Below are positions 13,414-25,735 of a DNA stretch of 64,000 nt, one piece after another. The notes beneath the pieces are model-generated. The model was not told where the DNA came from, searched no databases, and saw only the letters and a program-made list of their open reading frames with translations. This DNA comes from Tubulanus polymorphus (taxonomy: Eukaryota; Animalia; Nemertea): NCBI RefSeq assembly GCF_964204645.1, contig NC_134034.1, positions 8,134,962-8,198,961 on the forward strand, given 5' to 3'. Numbering within the stretch: position 1 is the first letter of the stretch; every line of letters begins with the position of its first letter. A program made the position numbers and the translations under genes.

Positions 13414-14434
13414 CAGTGCTTCATCTAGCATTAAAAAAGGGCAGGGTGCTGATTTCAAATAAGGGCATTTTTGTGCATGATTCCATTGGAGCAAGGGCAC
13501 ATAATAACGCACTCACGTCTGTTTTGGGGGCAAACTGCAATGTTCCCTATTGCATAGAATCGAGGTACCCCCTTCTACGATTGAGGACTAGAAACTATGT
13601 TTAACTCTGATTTTGCCATGAGTGACACACTTGACCACAGTACATCCTTACACCTATGCCTGTCAATGAACAAAACCAGTTGCAGACAAAAAATAGCAGA
13701 AAAAAGCAATCTCAAAAAGCAAATAATACAGCGAAAAAGAGCCAGCAATAATGTATAGGCCTACATGAAATTGCATATTTTTTATCTTAGAAATATCAAA
13801 TTAATTGATTTAAATTGATAGTGTTAGTGATTGGCAAATAGCTGTTAATAATTGGTAATGAGCCAGCTTAAGAACTCATTATTGCTATTGGCTACTCAAA
13901 CTAATTGTCTCTGCGAGTCTCTCTGTGAGTTCACCGAACAAAGTTTTTCACCTTGTATATATAAAATTTGTCTAATAGTCTAGATAAAAAGATCCAGAGC
14001 ATCACGATGTGTTCAAAACGAATCGAATATACACTACCAGCTTTACAATGGTAGTCGCTAGAATGATTGGCAGTAGTTTGGAAGTCAGCCAATATCGTGG
14101 AAACTTAAACTAGGCCACGCGTCTGAGGCACGTTTTCACACGATGCACACTGACTGCAGTACATTTGAATATAACCACTGATCACATGAGCTACTATCGT
14201 TGATATCATACAAGATATTTCATAGCCGTCGCATATCCTTACTAACAGTCGGGTGCGACGGCTTATTTTGAAAGCCCTGACTCATTACTTGTGACTGACA
14301 AGGGAAGGAGGGTGGACCTACGGCAAGTGATGAGGGCACAAGGGCGAGCATTGAACACATCTGAAGGGCACAAGGGCGGCTATTTTCGGGGGCGGGGCGG
14401 ACCGCCCCTCTATTTTTGGCTAGATGAAGCACTG
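13414..14434. mobile_element. MITE with perfect 16-bp TIR and 5-bp TSD (GGTTC)
   Basis: CAGTGCTTCATCTAGC / GCTAGATGAAGCACTG. Removing the element plus one GGTTC restores the DIRS RT frame (QGLVHPT). Confidence 0.85.
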
Positions 14435-14605
14435 GGTTCACCCCACCTGAGCCAGAGTACTGAAGCTGCGCCAGGCTCTTCATCCTCTGTTACAGGGAGT
14501 TCCCCATTCCGCTCGGTATTGGAGCCGGGTGCTGGGTTAAATCAGCTCTATCAGAAAAAAATCTGGAAATATTTTGCCATTCTACTTCGTCTAATAAACG
14601 ATTTT

Positions 14606-15822
14606 TAGCCCACTTGGGACTTTAGTCCCAGCGGGCTATTGCGTTCACTTTTCGTCCGTCGTCCGTCCGTCCGTAGACGGAATCCAGTTATTTTGGGAAG
14701 TTTTTAAGACGCTTCAATATAATGTCTTGATATTTGGGTTACACATGTATCTACCCTAGACACATCTTCAGCCCAAAAAATTGTTGTTCACCACAATCAG
14801 CACTTTTTACACATTTTTGAGCTTTTTGAGGGAAATTTTGAAGACGCTTTGATATATTACCTTGATCTTTCGGATATATGTGAATCCCCCCAGGGCCCAT
14901 CAGCATAACGAAAAATTGGGTCGATCGGACTCAAGATGGCCGTGCTATGACCTTTTTAGTGCCCAAAAATGTTAATTTTGGCCCGAATTCCTGTAGCTTC
15001 CTACTGGTTTGCCATTTCTCATTACAATTTGTGATGGGTATTCTTTGGAAAGGGATGTTTTATACCTGAGACAGGTATTTTTGATCAGCCAATTATGACG
15101 CAATTGGGGGCCATCTTGGGGTCACCAGTACTCATTCGTAAGTGGGAAAAAGTTTTTCGACATTATATTGATACCTAAGCGTATTTTGCAACCACGATCA
15201 ATTAGAGTTGTAGCTCATAACCTTTTCTATGATTGTGGTGAGTTTCAAAGTAATTGGATTTTGTATATGGCCACCAGGGGGCGTTGAATAATACAATATC
15301 TTAGTATTTCTTTATTATATTCGTACCTATGCATATTTTGTAACCACAATCAATTGGAAAGTTGTAGCTCATAACATCATCTATGATTGTTGTGAGTTTT
15401 AAGGACAGTAGTTATTCTATATGGTCACCAGGGGGCGTTGAATAGTAGAATAACTTAGTATTTCCTTATTATATTGGTACCTAGGCATATTTTGTTACAA
15501 TGATCAATTGCAAAGTTGTAGTTCATGACATGTTCTATGATTGTGGTGAGTTTCGAGGTCATTGGGTTTTGAATATGGTCACCAGGGGGCATTGAATAGG
15601 AGAATAACTAAGTATTTCCATATTAAATTGGTAACGAGGCATATTTTGTTATCACAATTGACTACAAAATCGTAGCTGCTGACATGTTCTATGTTTGTGC
15701 TGAGTTTCAAGGACATTGGTTTTTGTATATGGTCACCAGGGGCGTTGAATATTGAAATTGTTAGATTGTTGAGCATTTGGAACCACTTCCAAAGTGGACA
15801 TGGTGTCCCTGGACCCCTAGTT
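14606..15822 (+). mobile_element. HINE (Helentron/DINE-1-like) family 1, full-length
   Basis: 5' hairpin AGCCCACTTGGGAC...GTCCCAGCGGGCT, (GTCC)n, about four units of 153-154 bp, 3' subTIR and stem-loop, CTAGTT end, T-rich flanks. Confidence 0.82.
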
Positions 15823-15871
15823 ACTTAAATTCTTTCTGTAATTAATCATGAGCGATAGTTTATTCAGCATA

Positions 15872-16013
15872 CACTCGCGTAATGCTGAAAAACTGGCCCG
15901 CAGATACTCGGAAACGTTGCTATGACGTCATCACCTATTCATTAGCATAGCAAAACAATGTAGGTGGCGCCATGTTACGGGCCGCATAGCTTTTTTTCAG
16001 TATTACGCTAGCG
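15872..16013. repeat. ~145-bp inverted-repeat-bounded element; inverted copy at 60521-60664
   Basis: CTCGCGTAATGCTGAAAAA / TTTTTCAGTATTACGCTAG ends; interior shared with 60521-60664. Confidence 0.65.
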
Positions 16014-16389
16014 TAAAATATTGCTGATAGATGAAAACACAACTTTGTGCCAATTCATGATTTATTTGTGAATGCAAATTCCTTACTGAACAAATTGTTG
16101 TAAGCGTTCCAAACCCAAGCGCAAAACGCGCTTTGGTTAACTGCAAAAATTCAGGGCTCGACCCGTAATGCTTGATATGCTGATCGTCATCGAATGAGGT
16201 TGTGCCACATTGAAAATAGCCATTACCTTCCAAAATACAATAGTCGTTCATGGGTTCAAGATCGGAATAAGTGCTTGGAAAATGCTTCTACTTTCTAAAA
16301 TTTTCTGAAATATTATAGCTTGGTGCTGGCAACACTGCTTCACAGTTGCCCGCTGCAGAGATTTTGGAAGACCTTTTGGGCTGCCTTAA

Positions 16390-17455
16390 AGAGCAAATGC
16401 CATCAGAATGGAATATTGTGTAAAAGTCATTTTCAAATTTGATGTATTCACAAATATTTAGTATGGAACTGGTTTGAATTTTAGTTCAGTCATTACTGAG
16501 AAATACGACTTTTAAATCAGCAATTTAAGCACATCCTCGCTGTTATTGTTTATGTAAGCAGGTGCGTATTTCTGACGTCATCTCTGACAAATGCTCGCGG
16601 CTTCCAGTCATTTCATGCAATATCTTATAGTTTTGGGAGTGGTTTGAATTAAAAAACTATTACCATTGTATACAGTTGCTACCGTTGTATATGACATGAT
16701 TATGGTATATAAGTGAGTTGCGCTGAAGGTCTGTGAATACGGTAAACAAATGATAGATAATATAAATAGCGCCACCGCGGGTTGTATGTGAACTATACGC
16801 ACGGAGTGAAGGATAAATAAATGACTAATTTATGGCTAATTCTAGCTACTTATTAACCAACTTGGGACTTAAATCCCACGATCAATTGGAAAGTTGTAGC
16901 TAATGACATGTTCTATGATTTTGGTGAGTTTCAAGGTTATTGGTTTTGTATATGACCACCGGGGGGCATTGAATAATACAATAACTTAGTATTTCTATAT
17001 TATATTTGTACCTATGCATATTTTGTAACCACAATCAATTGCAAAGTTGTAGCGCATGACATCGTCTATGATTGTGGTGAGTTTTAAGGACATTAGTTAT
17101 TCTATATGGTCACCAGGGGCGTTGAATAGTAGAGTAACTTAGTATTTCCTTATTAGATTGGTACCTAGGCATATTTTGTTACCATGATCAATTGCAAAGT
17201 TGTAGTTCATGACATGTTCTATGATTGTGGTGAGTTTCAAGGTCATGGGTTTTTGTTAATGGTCACCAGGGGGCATTGAATATTTAAATTGTTAGATTGT
17301 TGAGGATTTGAAACCACTTCCCAAATTGGAATGGTTTCCCTGGACCCCTAGTTTAGAAAAGTCAGATCTCAGATCCCAGATCGTTATATATATATACTTA
17401 AGTTTCTTCTGGCTAAGAAATCTTGGAAAGTTCCATTTTGACAGCATTTGCCCAA
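16390..17455. mobile_element. Kolobok-like non-autonomous element (TTAA flanks) containing a HINE copy at 16854-17353
   Basis: TTAA|AGAGCAAATGCCATCAGAATGGAA versus right end TTCCATTTTGACAGCATTTGCCCAA|TTAA; a related right end lies at ~28990-29050. Confidence 0.6.
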
Positions 17456-20400
17456 TTAATCTCGCTTGGGATGCGTTTATGCCCCCCATCTGATGGGTGC
17501 CCTCGGATGGTGGACGTTTCCATGGAATATGATACAGGGGACATCCCATGACCTGCTCCAGTCTATCTGTACAGGGATGCGAGCCATTACGGATGGGGTG
17601 CTCACGTCGAGGAGTCGCAAGGGCGGAGGTGTAGTCGGGCCGGGTGTCAAAGTTTTTTATAAACTACCTTGAACTTCTGGCAGTGATGAAGGCCCTGAAG
17701 TTTTTCGTAAAGAGGTTCAAAGGCCGTCATGTTTGGGTAGTTACCGACACCACGACAGTCCGGGCCTATCAGGAAAATTAGGGAGGCACCCGGTCGTCCC
17801 TGCTGTCATCCCTGACGACGACAGTGTTGTTTTTGTCTCAAGCCTTATGTCTCACCTAGCCGGGGAGCGGAACATGGTGGCCGGCACCCTCTCGTCAGGA
17901 CAGAGCCATTCTGACAGAATGGGCACTTCAGCAGTCTGTGGCGGACAGGGTTAAGGCTCTGGCGGGCCCCTTGTATTGGATCTCTTTGCGACCAGGTTCA
18001 ACACCAGGTGCCCAGTGTTTGTATCCCCCTTTCAAGACGCAACAGCGTGGAAGGTGGATGCCCGATACATTGGGAGGACATGCACGCTTATGCCTTTTCG
18101 CCCTCCAAGTTCCACAACACGGAGCACTGCAACATTCCCCTGATATCTCCTTGCTGGCCGGCTCAGTTGTGATTCGTGAGGCTGTTACATCGGCTGTGCG
18201 ACCATCCCAGGCTGCTCCCTTAGGAATCGTTCCCCTGTCTCAAGGGCATTTTCGTCAGCACCCCAACCTGCAATGGCTCAATCTACACGCTTGGCCACTG
18301 TCGAGTGATCCTTGCACACTCAAGATTTTTCGTCGGCATCTGCCAGGTTTATCCTGGGGTCAAGGAGGCCATCCACTGGCGCTGTTCCAGGATTGGTGTG
18401 GTGGGCGACAAGTTGATTGCCTCTTACTCACTGTAGCAGATGTGGCGGATTTTCTCCTGTTTTCGTTCTCTGCCTGGTGATGACTATCAAGGGCTATAGA
18501 TCGGCTATAGCTCACACTTTGAAGGTCACATGTCGTCCATCTGTAACAGATGATCCTAGAATAGCTCAATTAATTGCGGGTTTTTCGATTCCTCCTTGGA
18601 ATTTGACTACAATTCTGAAATACTTGATGGAGCATCCTTATGAGCTGTTAGAGGTTCTTTCTTTTGCCAGACTGACCACTAAGACCGCTTTATGCTTGGC
18701 TATGGCAGCTCTTTGGCATGCCCTGTTGGTAAGGCCCAGTTATGTGGTTTTTAGTCCACTCGATTGCTCGGTCACCTTGTGGCCTAGGCTTTGCTTTATG
18801 GCCAAGAACCAAAGACCATCGCCTGCAGGGAGGTCATTGAAATACCGGCTTTAGCTTACCGGGTTTCAGATGACTTGCCAGATGGTGCTCTCTGACCAGT
18901 CAGGGTGCACAAAGCTTGTTTAGCACTCTTTACCCTTTAGGAAGGGGAAAGAAAGGTTGATGAGTGATTTTTTCACTTTTAGGATTTACCTGGGATTCAG
19001 GGAATCCTCTGGCTTAGTTTGCATTAATTGACTGTTTGGGTTTCAGCAGTTGATGAAATTGTACAAGTACTGTAATTACCTTGTAATTTTCGTTCTCTTG
19101 GGTAGGCTTGTTGCTCGGGTAGGACACAGGGTGCAACCTGCGTAACTCCATTAACGCTTAGAAGGTCAAGGTCAAGTGAGCGCTATAGTCAGCAGCTCCT
19201 TGGTGCTCTGACAAAGTTCCATAATTTTGAAGGAATATGTTACTGTGAAAGTTTAAAAATCAGTGTGTTTGTGACTATGAATATGCAGGGATTACTGTGA
19301 TGAAAAATCTTCGACCATGGAAGTTTATTTATTAGCTGTAATTGTGACTTTCTGGATATCCAATTTCAAAAACTGGTGGACATGTTGGAATAAATCAATA
19401 ATTGTGTCTATTACCAGTATATATGTCATGCTTCAATTAGGCATGACCACTGACTGCTCAACAGTGTTTAGTAAATCTACATTACTATGTTTGAATGACA
19501 CCAGGACTAATTCAATTCTCCAGCCATGTGTTATATCGGATTTGCGGTCACTTGGTGTATACAGAAGATTTAATACCCGTAGAAGTCGACGAGGTGGTCT
19601 ATATTGTCATAAACATCAAGTCAGGCATACAAAACTTGCACCATACTGAAAAGGTGTAAACATTGTCAACTTGACCAAAGTGCCTCTAATTGACAATCAA
19701 AAGTCAACAATGATCAAGAAACTTAGATGTGCTCAGATTAATCCAACATCAGTTTGTAACAAACCTGAGACAATTGTTGCTTTCATCATTGAAAATGATC
19801 TGGATGTACTGTTTATCGATGAGACCTGGTTAACTCCATCAGATGTTACAAATGTAACTGCTATTACACCTGATGGTTACAAATTAAAACACATCCCTCA
19901 ATCTCACCGCAAAGGAGGTGGTGTCGGAATTCTCTATAGGTCATCTTTAGATTTCCGTTTCAATTCACTTAAATGGCCGACTAGTTTTGAATGTTTACAA
20001 GCAAGATTATCCTGGAAGGATCAGAATTACTGTTTCATTTTAATCTATCGTCCTGAGAAGATACCTAATGTTCAAAGTTTCACTTTCTTTGAAGAAATGC
20101 CAGATTTATTGGGCAGATTGAATACTGATTGCCCATCAGACAAGCTTGTTTTCATGGGTGATTATAATATTCAAATGGATAATCCAAACAATAGGGATAC
20201 TCAACGATTTCTAGATATCCTACAGCAGCATGATTTGGTTCAACTTGTAGATCAACCTACTCATGAAAAGGGTCACACACTTGATCTTGTTATTGTTAGA
20301 AGTAGTGAGGTATGCATATGTGATTTGGATGTGGATGATACTGCAGGTATTGCTGATCACTATCCGGTTTCTTTCTCGGTCAATATCTGCAAACCTCCGT

Positions 20401-23400
20401 TGCCTACAAAGGAGATAGTGTATAGAAAATTGAAGGATATTAACATTGCCTTATTATCAGAGATGTTCTCTAAGATTGACTTCAGTAACATTGACTGTGT
20501 GGATGATTTAGTCACCGTTTATAACTCTGAGCTCTCTCATCTATTAGATGAATTAGCACCTGCTAAGAAGCGAAGTATTTGCATTCGTCCGAATGTTCCG
20601 TGGCTCAGTGAGGAAATTATTAAATATCGCAAGAAAGTCAGACAACTGGACAGAAAGTGGAGACATTCTCATCTGACAATAGATCGTGAAATTTGGAAAT
20701 ATCATTGTTGTAAAATGAAACAAATGATGAAATTAGAAAAACTAAAACATTTCTCAGTCACCGCTGAGGTGGGCACTGCCGACTTATTTAGGACAATTCG
20801 GAAGTTGGTGTATGGTGAAAACATAAAAGCTCTACCAAAACACAATGATGCTGTTGAATTAGCAAATGAGTTTAATGTTTTCTTTCTAGATAAAGTTGAT
20901 CAGATAAGAGATTCTTTTCCTGAATCCAATATTGCTGCTTCTGAGCATTACAATGTTGTAAAGGTTTTAGACAGTTTTAAAGCTGTGTCAATCGATCAAC
21001 TTGCCAAAATTGTAATTGGCATGTGACCTACATATTGTAATCTGGATCCATTTCCATCACAACTTCTTAAGAAGGGGCTTAAAGGTATCATGCCGCTCAT
21101 TACTAAAATAGTAAGCTGTTCATTGGTATCTGGACATGTTCCAAAAGAGTTTAAACAAGCTATTTTGCAGGCCCTCCTCAAGAAGTCATCCCTTGATGCT
21201 GATTGTTTGAAAAACTATCGGCCCGTATCCAACTTGTCTTTTCTGTCGAAAGTACTCGAAAGAGTAGTAGCAGACTAGCTAACACTCCATTTGTCAAGCA
21301 ATAACTTAGCAGACTTCATTTCAATCTGCTTATAAACAACGCCACAGTGTCGAAACAGCTCTGGTTAAAGTGCATAATGACTTACTTTGTTTATTAGATT
21401 CAAAGCAGTGTGTGTTACTTGTTTTGTTTGATTTGGGCGCTGCTTTCGACACTGTGGATCACACTAGACTCGTAGAACGTCTAAATTTACTAGGAATTCA
21501 AGGCACAGTTCTTGATTGGCTCAGGTCATATCTTAGCAATAGGACTCAAAGTGTATGTATAAATGTTAACTTTTCTGAGCAATTGGAAATCAAATTTGGT
21601 GTACCTCAGGGTTCCGTTTTGGGCCCTTTGCTTTTTGCAGCGTACATTACTCCTCTTGGTAACATCAGTCAACCTCATGATCTTGATTATCATCTCTATG
21701 CTGATGATTATCAACTTTACATTGCGTTTAGTGTACCTGATTTGTTCCCATCATGTCAAATTATGTCTGAAAAAGCTGATGATTTGAATTGCTGGATGAG
21801 GAATAATTTCCTCAAATGCAACGGGGATAAGACAGATGCGCTATTCGTGTATACTAGAAATATGTATAGTCAGCTTCAACAGTTACCTCATATCAGAATT
21901 ATTGATTCTGACATCAGACCTTCTACTTCTGTTCAGAATCTTTGAGTAATTTTTTTGACTCGGAGCTTACTTTCAAAGATCAAATATCATCCATTGTTAA
22001 ATCCTGCAACTTTCATTTACGTAACATAAGCAAAATAAGGGGCTTTTTATCTGATGATGCTGTTCGCATTTATGTCCATACCTTGGTTACTTCACGTCTT
22101 GATTTCTGCAACTCCTTGCTTAACGGGCTCCCTGCAAAATCCCTCAAACCACTTCAGAGTGCAAAACAATGCAGCACGTCTAATTTCTCGCTCTAGCAAG
22201 TTTTCATCCATTTCATCTCTTCTGCATGACCTACACTGGTTACCAGTTGCATACCGCATTCGTTTTAAAGTTATTATGCTAACTTTCCAGGCTATACATA
22301 ATTTAGCTCCTCCATACTTATCTGAACTTGTTACACTTTACTCACCACCTCGTGCACTTCGATCAGCCAATCAGTTTCTGCTAGTTGTCCCTTTGTTTCA
22401 TAGTCAATCTACAGGTAGTCAGGCATTTTCCAACAGCGCCCCAAAATTGTGGAACCAGCTTCCGCTTAGCCTTCGTGCTATCACTTCATTAGATCAATTC
22501 AGGAAGCAGCTAAAAGGCTTCCTTTTTAAGGGTAGAAGCTGGTCCATATGGACCTACTACTATAAATCAACCAAATTGGATGAAATTTGGTGGGATTGTT
22601 CATACACACATAAGGATTCCTCACACCAAATTTTGGAATCCTACGTGGCCTGTTGCCATGGCAACAGACAATCAAAATTTTGGGTGTGGTCAATTTTTCA
22701 AAAAAATGGTTTGACCTCAAAATGCAATCTTTTAAGTAAATAATTATCTAAATCATTATTTCAGACCCCAAATTACATAATTAGACCATTTGCATGCATT
22801 TTGGTTTGATATTAGGGGTCAAAATTCAGTGCCTACTGCCACGCCCCCATCTTGGGAAAAAAAATTTTCCGAAAAATCCCCCATGCATCCAAACCAAAGA
22901 TGCAATATATGAAAAAAATGCATTATTATGTAGCTTAGAATGTTATAATGAACCACAGAAAATTTCAGGCAGCTATGTTGAATACATTTGAGAGCGATTT
23001 TTTGCCAGCCGTCAATACATGGTTTTGAGAAAATGGCGATAAAGAAACCAATAACGTTTTACCTTCAAAATATAATGTTTGTTTTGTATTTATTCATTGA
23101 TATCACAACATCCAGCTCCATAGGCTTGTTCCACACCTTCCTTCCTTCTTTTAGCCAGTTTTTTCTCCAGTCTTTTTTGTTTATTGGCAGGTTGGGCCCT
23201 TTTTTCCGATGTCTTTTCGCGCTGGAAGTCACTTTTTTCAAGAACTTGTGTTGTTCTTACACCAACATTGTCAATACCCATTGCTTGCAGCTGCTGCTGA
23301 ATGCTTGCAGCCCTGCCCTTATTCCATTCCATTACAGCCATGGATACTGAAGTTTTGAGGGTTTTTAGAGTACCAAACTTGGTTTTGGGTATCTTACGCC

Positions 23401-23901
23401 ACACCATAGAATGGAGCGCTTCATTGCTGTTCGAAGTACGTTTTTTGCAACACCTACCCAAAAGATCAGGGTCAGTAAGCCTTTGAAACAAAAGTATAAA
23501 CAGCTGTCTTACATTTTTTAGATCAGGGTCAATTTGTTTTTGTTGTTTGACCTCATCAGGGTTTTCCCCTCTGCTATAGCAGATTTATACCAGCACCAGT
23601 CACCACATCTCCTATGCTGGCGCTCAGGCGGACAATTCGGAGTTTTAGTTGAATGAAATAAAATTGCCCATATTGCATTTTGCATCTCTTCGTTAGTGTC
23701 ATTATTCATAATGGCATTTCTGAAATAGCTTTGCCACCTCAGCATTCTATCTTTGGTGACTTTTCCGCGACCTCTTATTGTTTTGGCACCACTTTTTTTT
23801 ATATTTTCACAAAGAGAATTCATAAGATAAAATCCCACTATTAACAGATTAAAAGAATTTAAAAACCAGAATTTATTTATTAAATCTAGAATATATAAAA
23901 G

Positions 23902-23943
23902 ACACGACGTTTCGATCTCACCCTAGAGATCATCGTCAGGTGT
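23902..23943 (-). ncRNA. Minimal type I hammerhead ribozyme in Penelope pLTR
   Basis: Minus strand reads ACAC-CTGACGA-TGATCTC-tagggt-GAGATC-GAAAC-GTC-GTGT. Confidence 0.88.
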
Positions 23944-24136
23944 GAGCAATAGACTAAAAACAGGGGTATATATACAGAGGAGGACAGGTTAATTGAGTAA
24001 ATTGGTGAGTGAGTAAATAATTAGTGTTTGGCAAGGCATGAAGTAATATACTTAGAAAGAAGGGAATTATGTGGAGAAAAGCCATTATTTAAATTGGTAC
24101 TAATATCTGAGTGACGAGTAATTAGGGCAGACTCAA

Positions 24137-25735
24137 CTATGTGGCGTTTGGTGTAATTGCTGGAAGTACAAATAATTTGGCTTTATCAAAATTAAAACGA
24201 TGACCAGTGTTCCAAACGTGATTGGCTACGCCACTAGCCGGTTTTTGATTTATTATATCCTTTTTGTGTTCCGAAATTCGAGTTTTTAAATCACGACCAG
24301 TTTCTCCAAAGTAAATTTTATCACAGCCAAAACAAGGAATTTTGTAAACTCCGCAGTCCAAAGGTTTAGATTGATTGTTTTTAACCAAAGTCCTTCTAAT
24401 TTTGTTTTCATACGTGAAAATGATTTGTTTATCCAATAAAGGGAGAGAGTGACGAAACTTTTCCAAAACAGGTACATACAGAACTACAATGAACTCTGAA
24501 ATGTGTTTTTTATTTTCTGGAGGTTTAGAATTGAAGAAAGTACGTTTAGCCTTAGAAATAGCGATTTTCAAAATGTGATCAGGGTAAGCCAATTTTCTAA
24601 GAGAGTTGGATATATGGTCAAATTCAGCCGAAAGGAAGGTTTCATCGCAGATCCGTAGTGCACGGAGAAAGAGGCCTTGAGCGAGACCAATTTTGATTGA
24701 TTTGGCAGTAAACGAAAAGAAGTGAAGGTATGCCTCGGCGTTGATAGGTTTACGGTAGACTGAGAAAATAAAATGAGAAAATTTATTGTGAATTAGAACA
24801 TCTAAAAACGGAATTTGGTCATTTTGTTCCCTTTCAAAAGTGAATTTCAAAGATGGATATTGGGAGTTGATGAAGTCGATAAAAGAGGTAAGATCAAAAT
24901 TATCAGAAACTAAGCTCAGAATGTCATCAACATATCTAATCCAAAAGTTAGGTTTAGAGCCAACGTACTTAGGGAGAATTTCGGATTCAAAGTGTTCAAG
25001 GAAAAGATTAGCCAAAATCGGGGATAATGGGTTACCCATTGCGAAACCGAAAATTTGTTCATAGAATTTGCCTTGGAATTGGAAATATAAATTGGTTGTA
25101 CAGAGTTCCAAAAGTTCAAGTAAACATTCTACAGGATTTGGGAGATCAAGATTGGAGTCCGGGAGTTTTCTTCTTAAGAAATTGAGAGTTGGTTCCAATG
25201 GTATATTAGTGAACAAGGAAACAGCGTCGAAAGATATAAATTTTTGTCCATTAGGTTTGAGATTTTTGAGTTTGTCTAAAAGATCCATATTGTGCCGAAT
25301 GTGAGAATCAGAAAAAGTACCCAAAGTCGGGGAGAGTACTTTAGCCAGATATTTGGAGAGCCGATATGATGGAGAATTGATATTAGAAATGATCGGTCTT
25401 AACGGTGAATTGGGTTTATGAATTTTTGGAAGACCATAAGCATAAGGAAGATTAGGAAGCCAAGAGTTAAATTTGGAGATGAAGTCCGAATGGTCAGGAA
25501 ATTTCTTAGAGATGTTTTTTAAACCTAAATTAAAAGCTGATTGCATCTTTTTCAAAGGGTTGTTTTTGATGGATTTGTAGAAATTGGAATCACCAAGAAT
25601 AGCAAACATTTTAGAACTGTAATTGATCAAATCTTGAATAACAATTTTGCCGCCTTTATCAGCCTTGGAGATGCGGATGGTTTTGATGGATTTTAGTTCC
25701 TGGAGAGCAATCGAAAATCTCCGAAAAATCAACTG
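24137..25735 (-). CDS. Penelope RT + GIY-YIG endonuclease (partial)
   Basis: KADKG, YGLPKIHK, FDAVSLFTNIP, GFAMGNPLSP, RYVDD, GVYKIPC..C..IYFGETGR. Confidence 0.9.
   Translation of the reverse strand, partial: QLIFRRFSIALQELKSIKTIRISKADKGGKIVIQDLINYSSKMFAILGDSNFYKSIKNNPLKKMQSAFNLGLKNISKKFPDHSDFISKFNSWLPNLPYAYGLPKIHKPNSPLRPIISNINSPSYRLSKYLAKVLSPTLGTFSDSHIRHNMDLLDKLKNLKPNGQKFISFDAVSLFTNIPLEPTLNFLRRKLPDSNLDLPNPVECLLELLELCTTNLYFQFQGKFYEQIFGFAMGNPLSPILANLFLEHFESEILPKYVGSKPNFWIRYVDDILSLVSDNFDLTSFIDFINSQYPSLKFTFEREQNDQIPFLDVLIHNKFSHFIFSVYRKPINAEAYLHFFSFTAKSIKIGLAQGLFLRALRICDETFLSAEFDHISNSLRKLAYPDHILKIAISKAKRTFFNSKPPENKKHISEFIVVLYVPVLEKFRHSLPLLDKQIIFTYENKIRRTLVKNNQSKPLDCGVYKIPCFGCDKIYFGETGRDLKTRISEHKKDIINQKPASGVANHVWNTGHRFNFDKAKLFVLPAITPNAT

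Larger units (their letters stand above)
23825..25735 (-). mobile_element. Penelope-like element, 5'-truncated, with 12-bp TSD
   Basis: AGAGAATTCATA at 23813-23824 and 25736-25747; RT + GIY-YIG ORF; hammerhead in the 3' pLTR. Confidence 0.92.

Noticed and set aside
15200-15760. CRISPR-like regular repeats
   Set aside because: These are full-unit tandem repeats with no unique spacers, in a eukaryotic HINE context.
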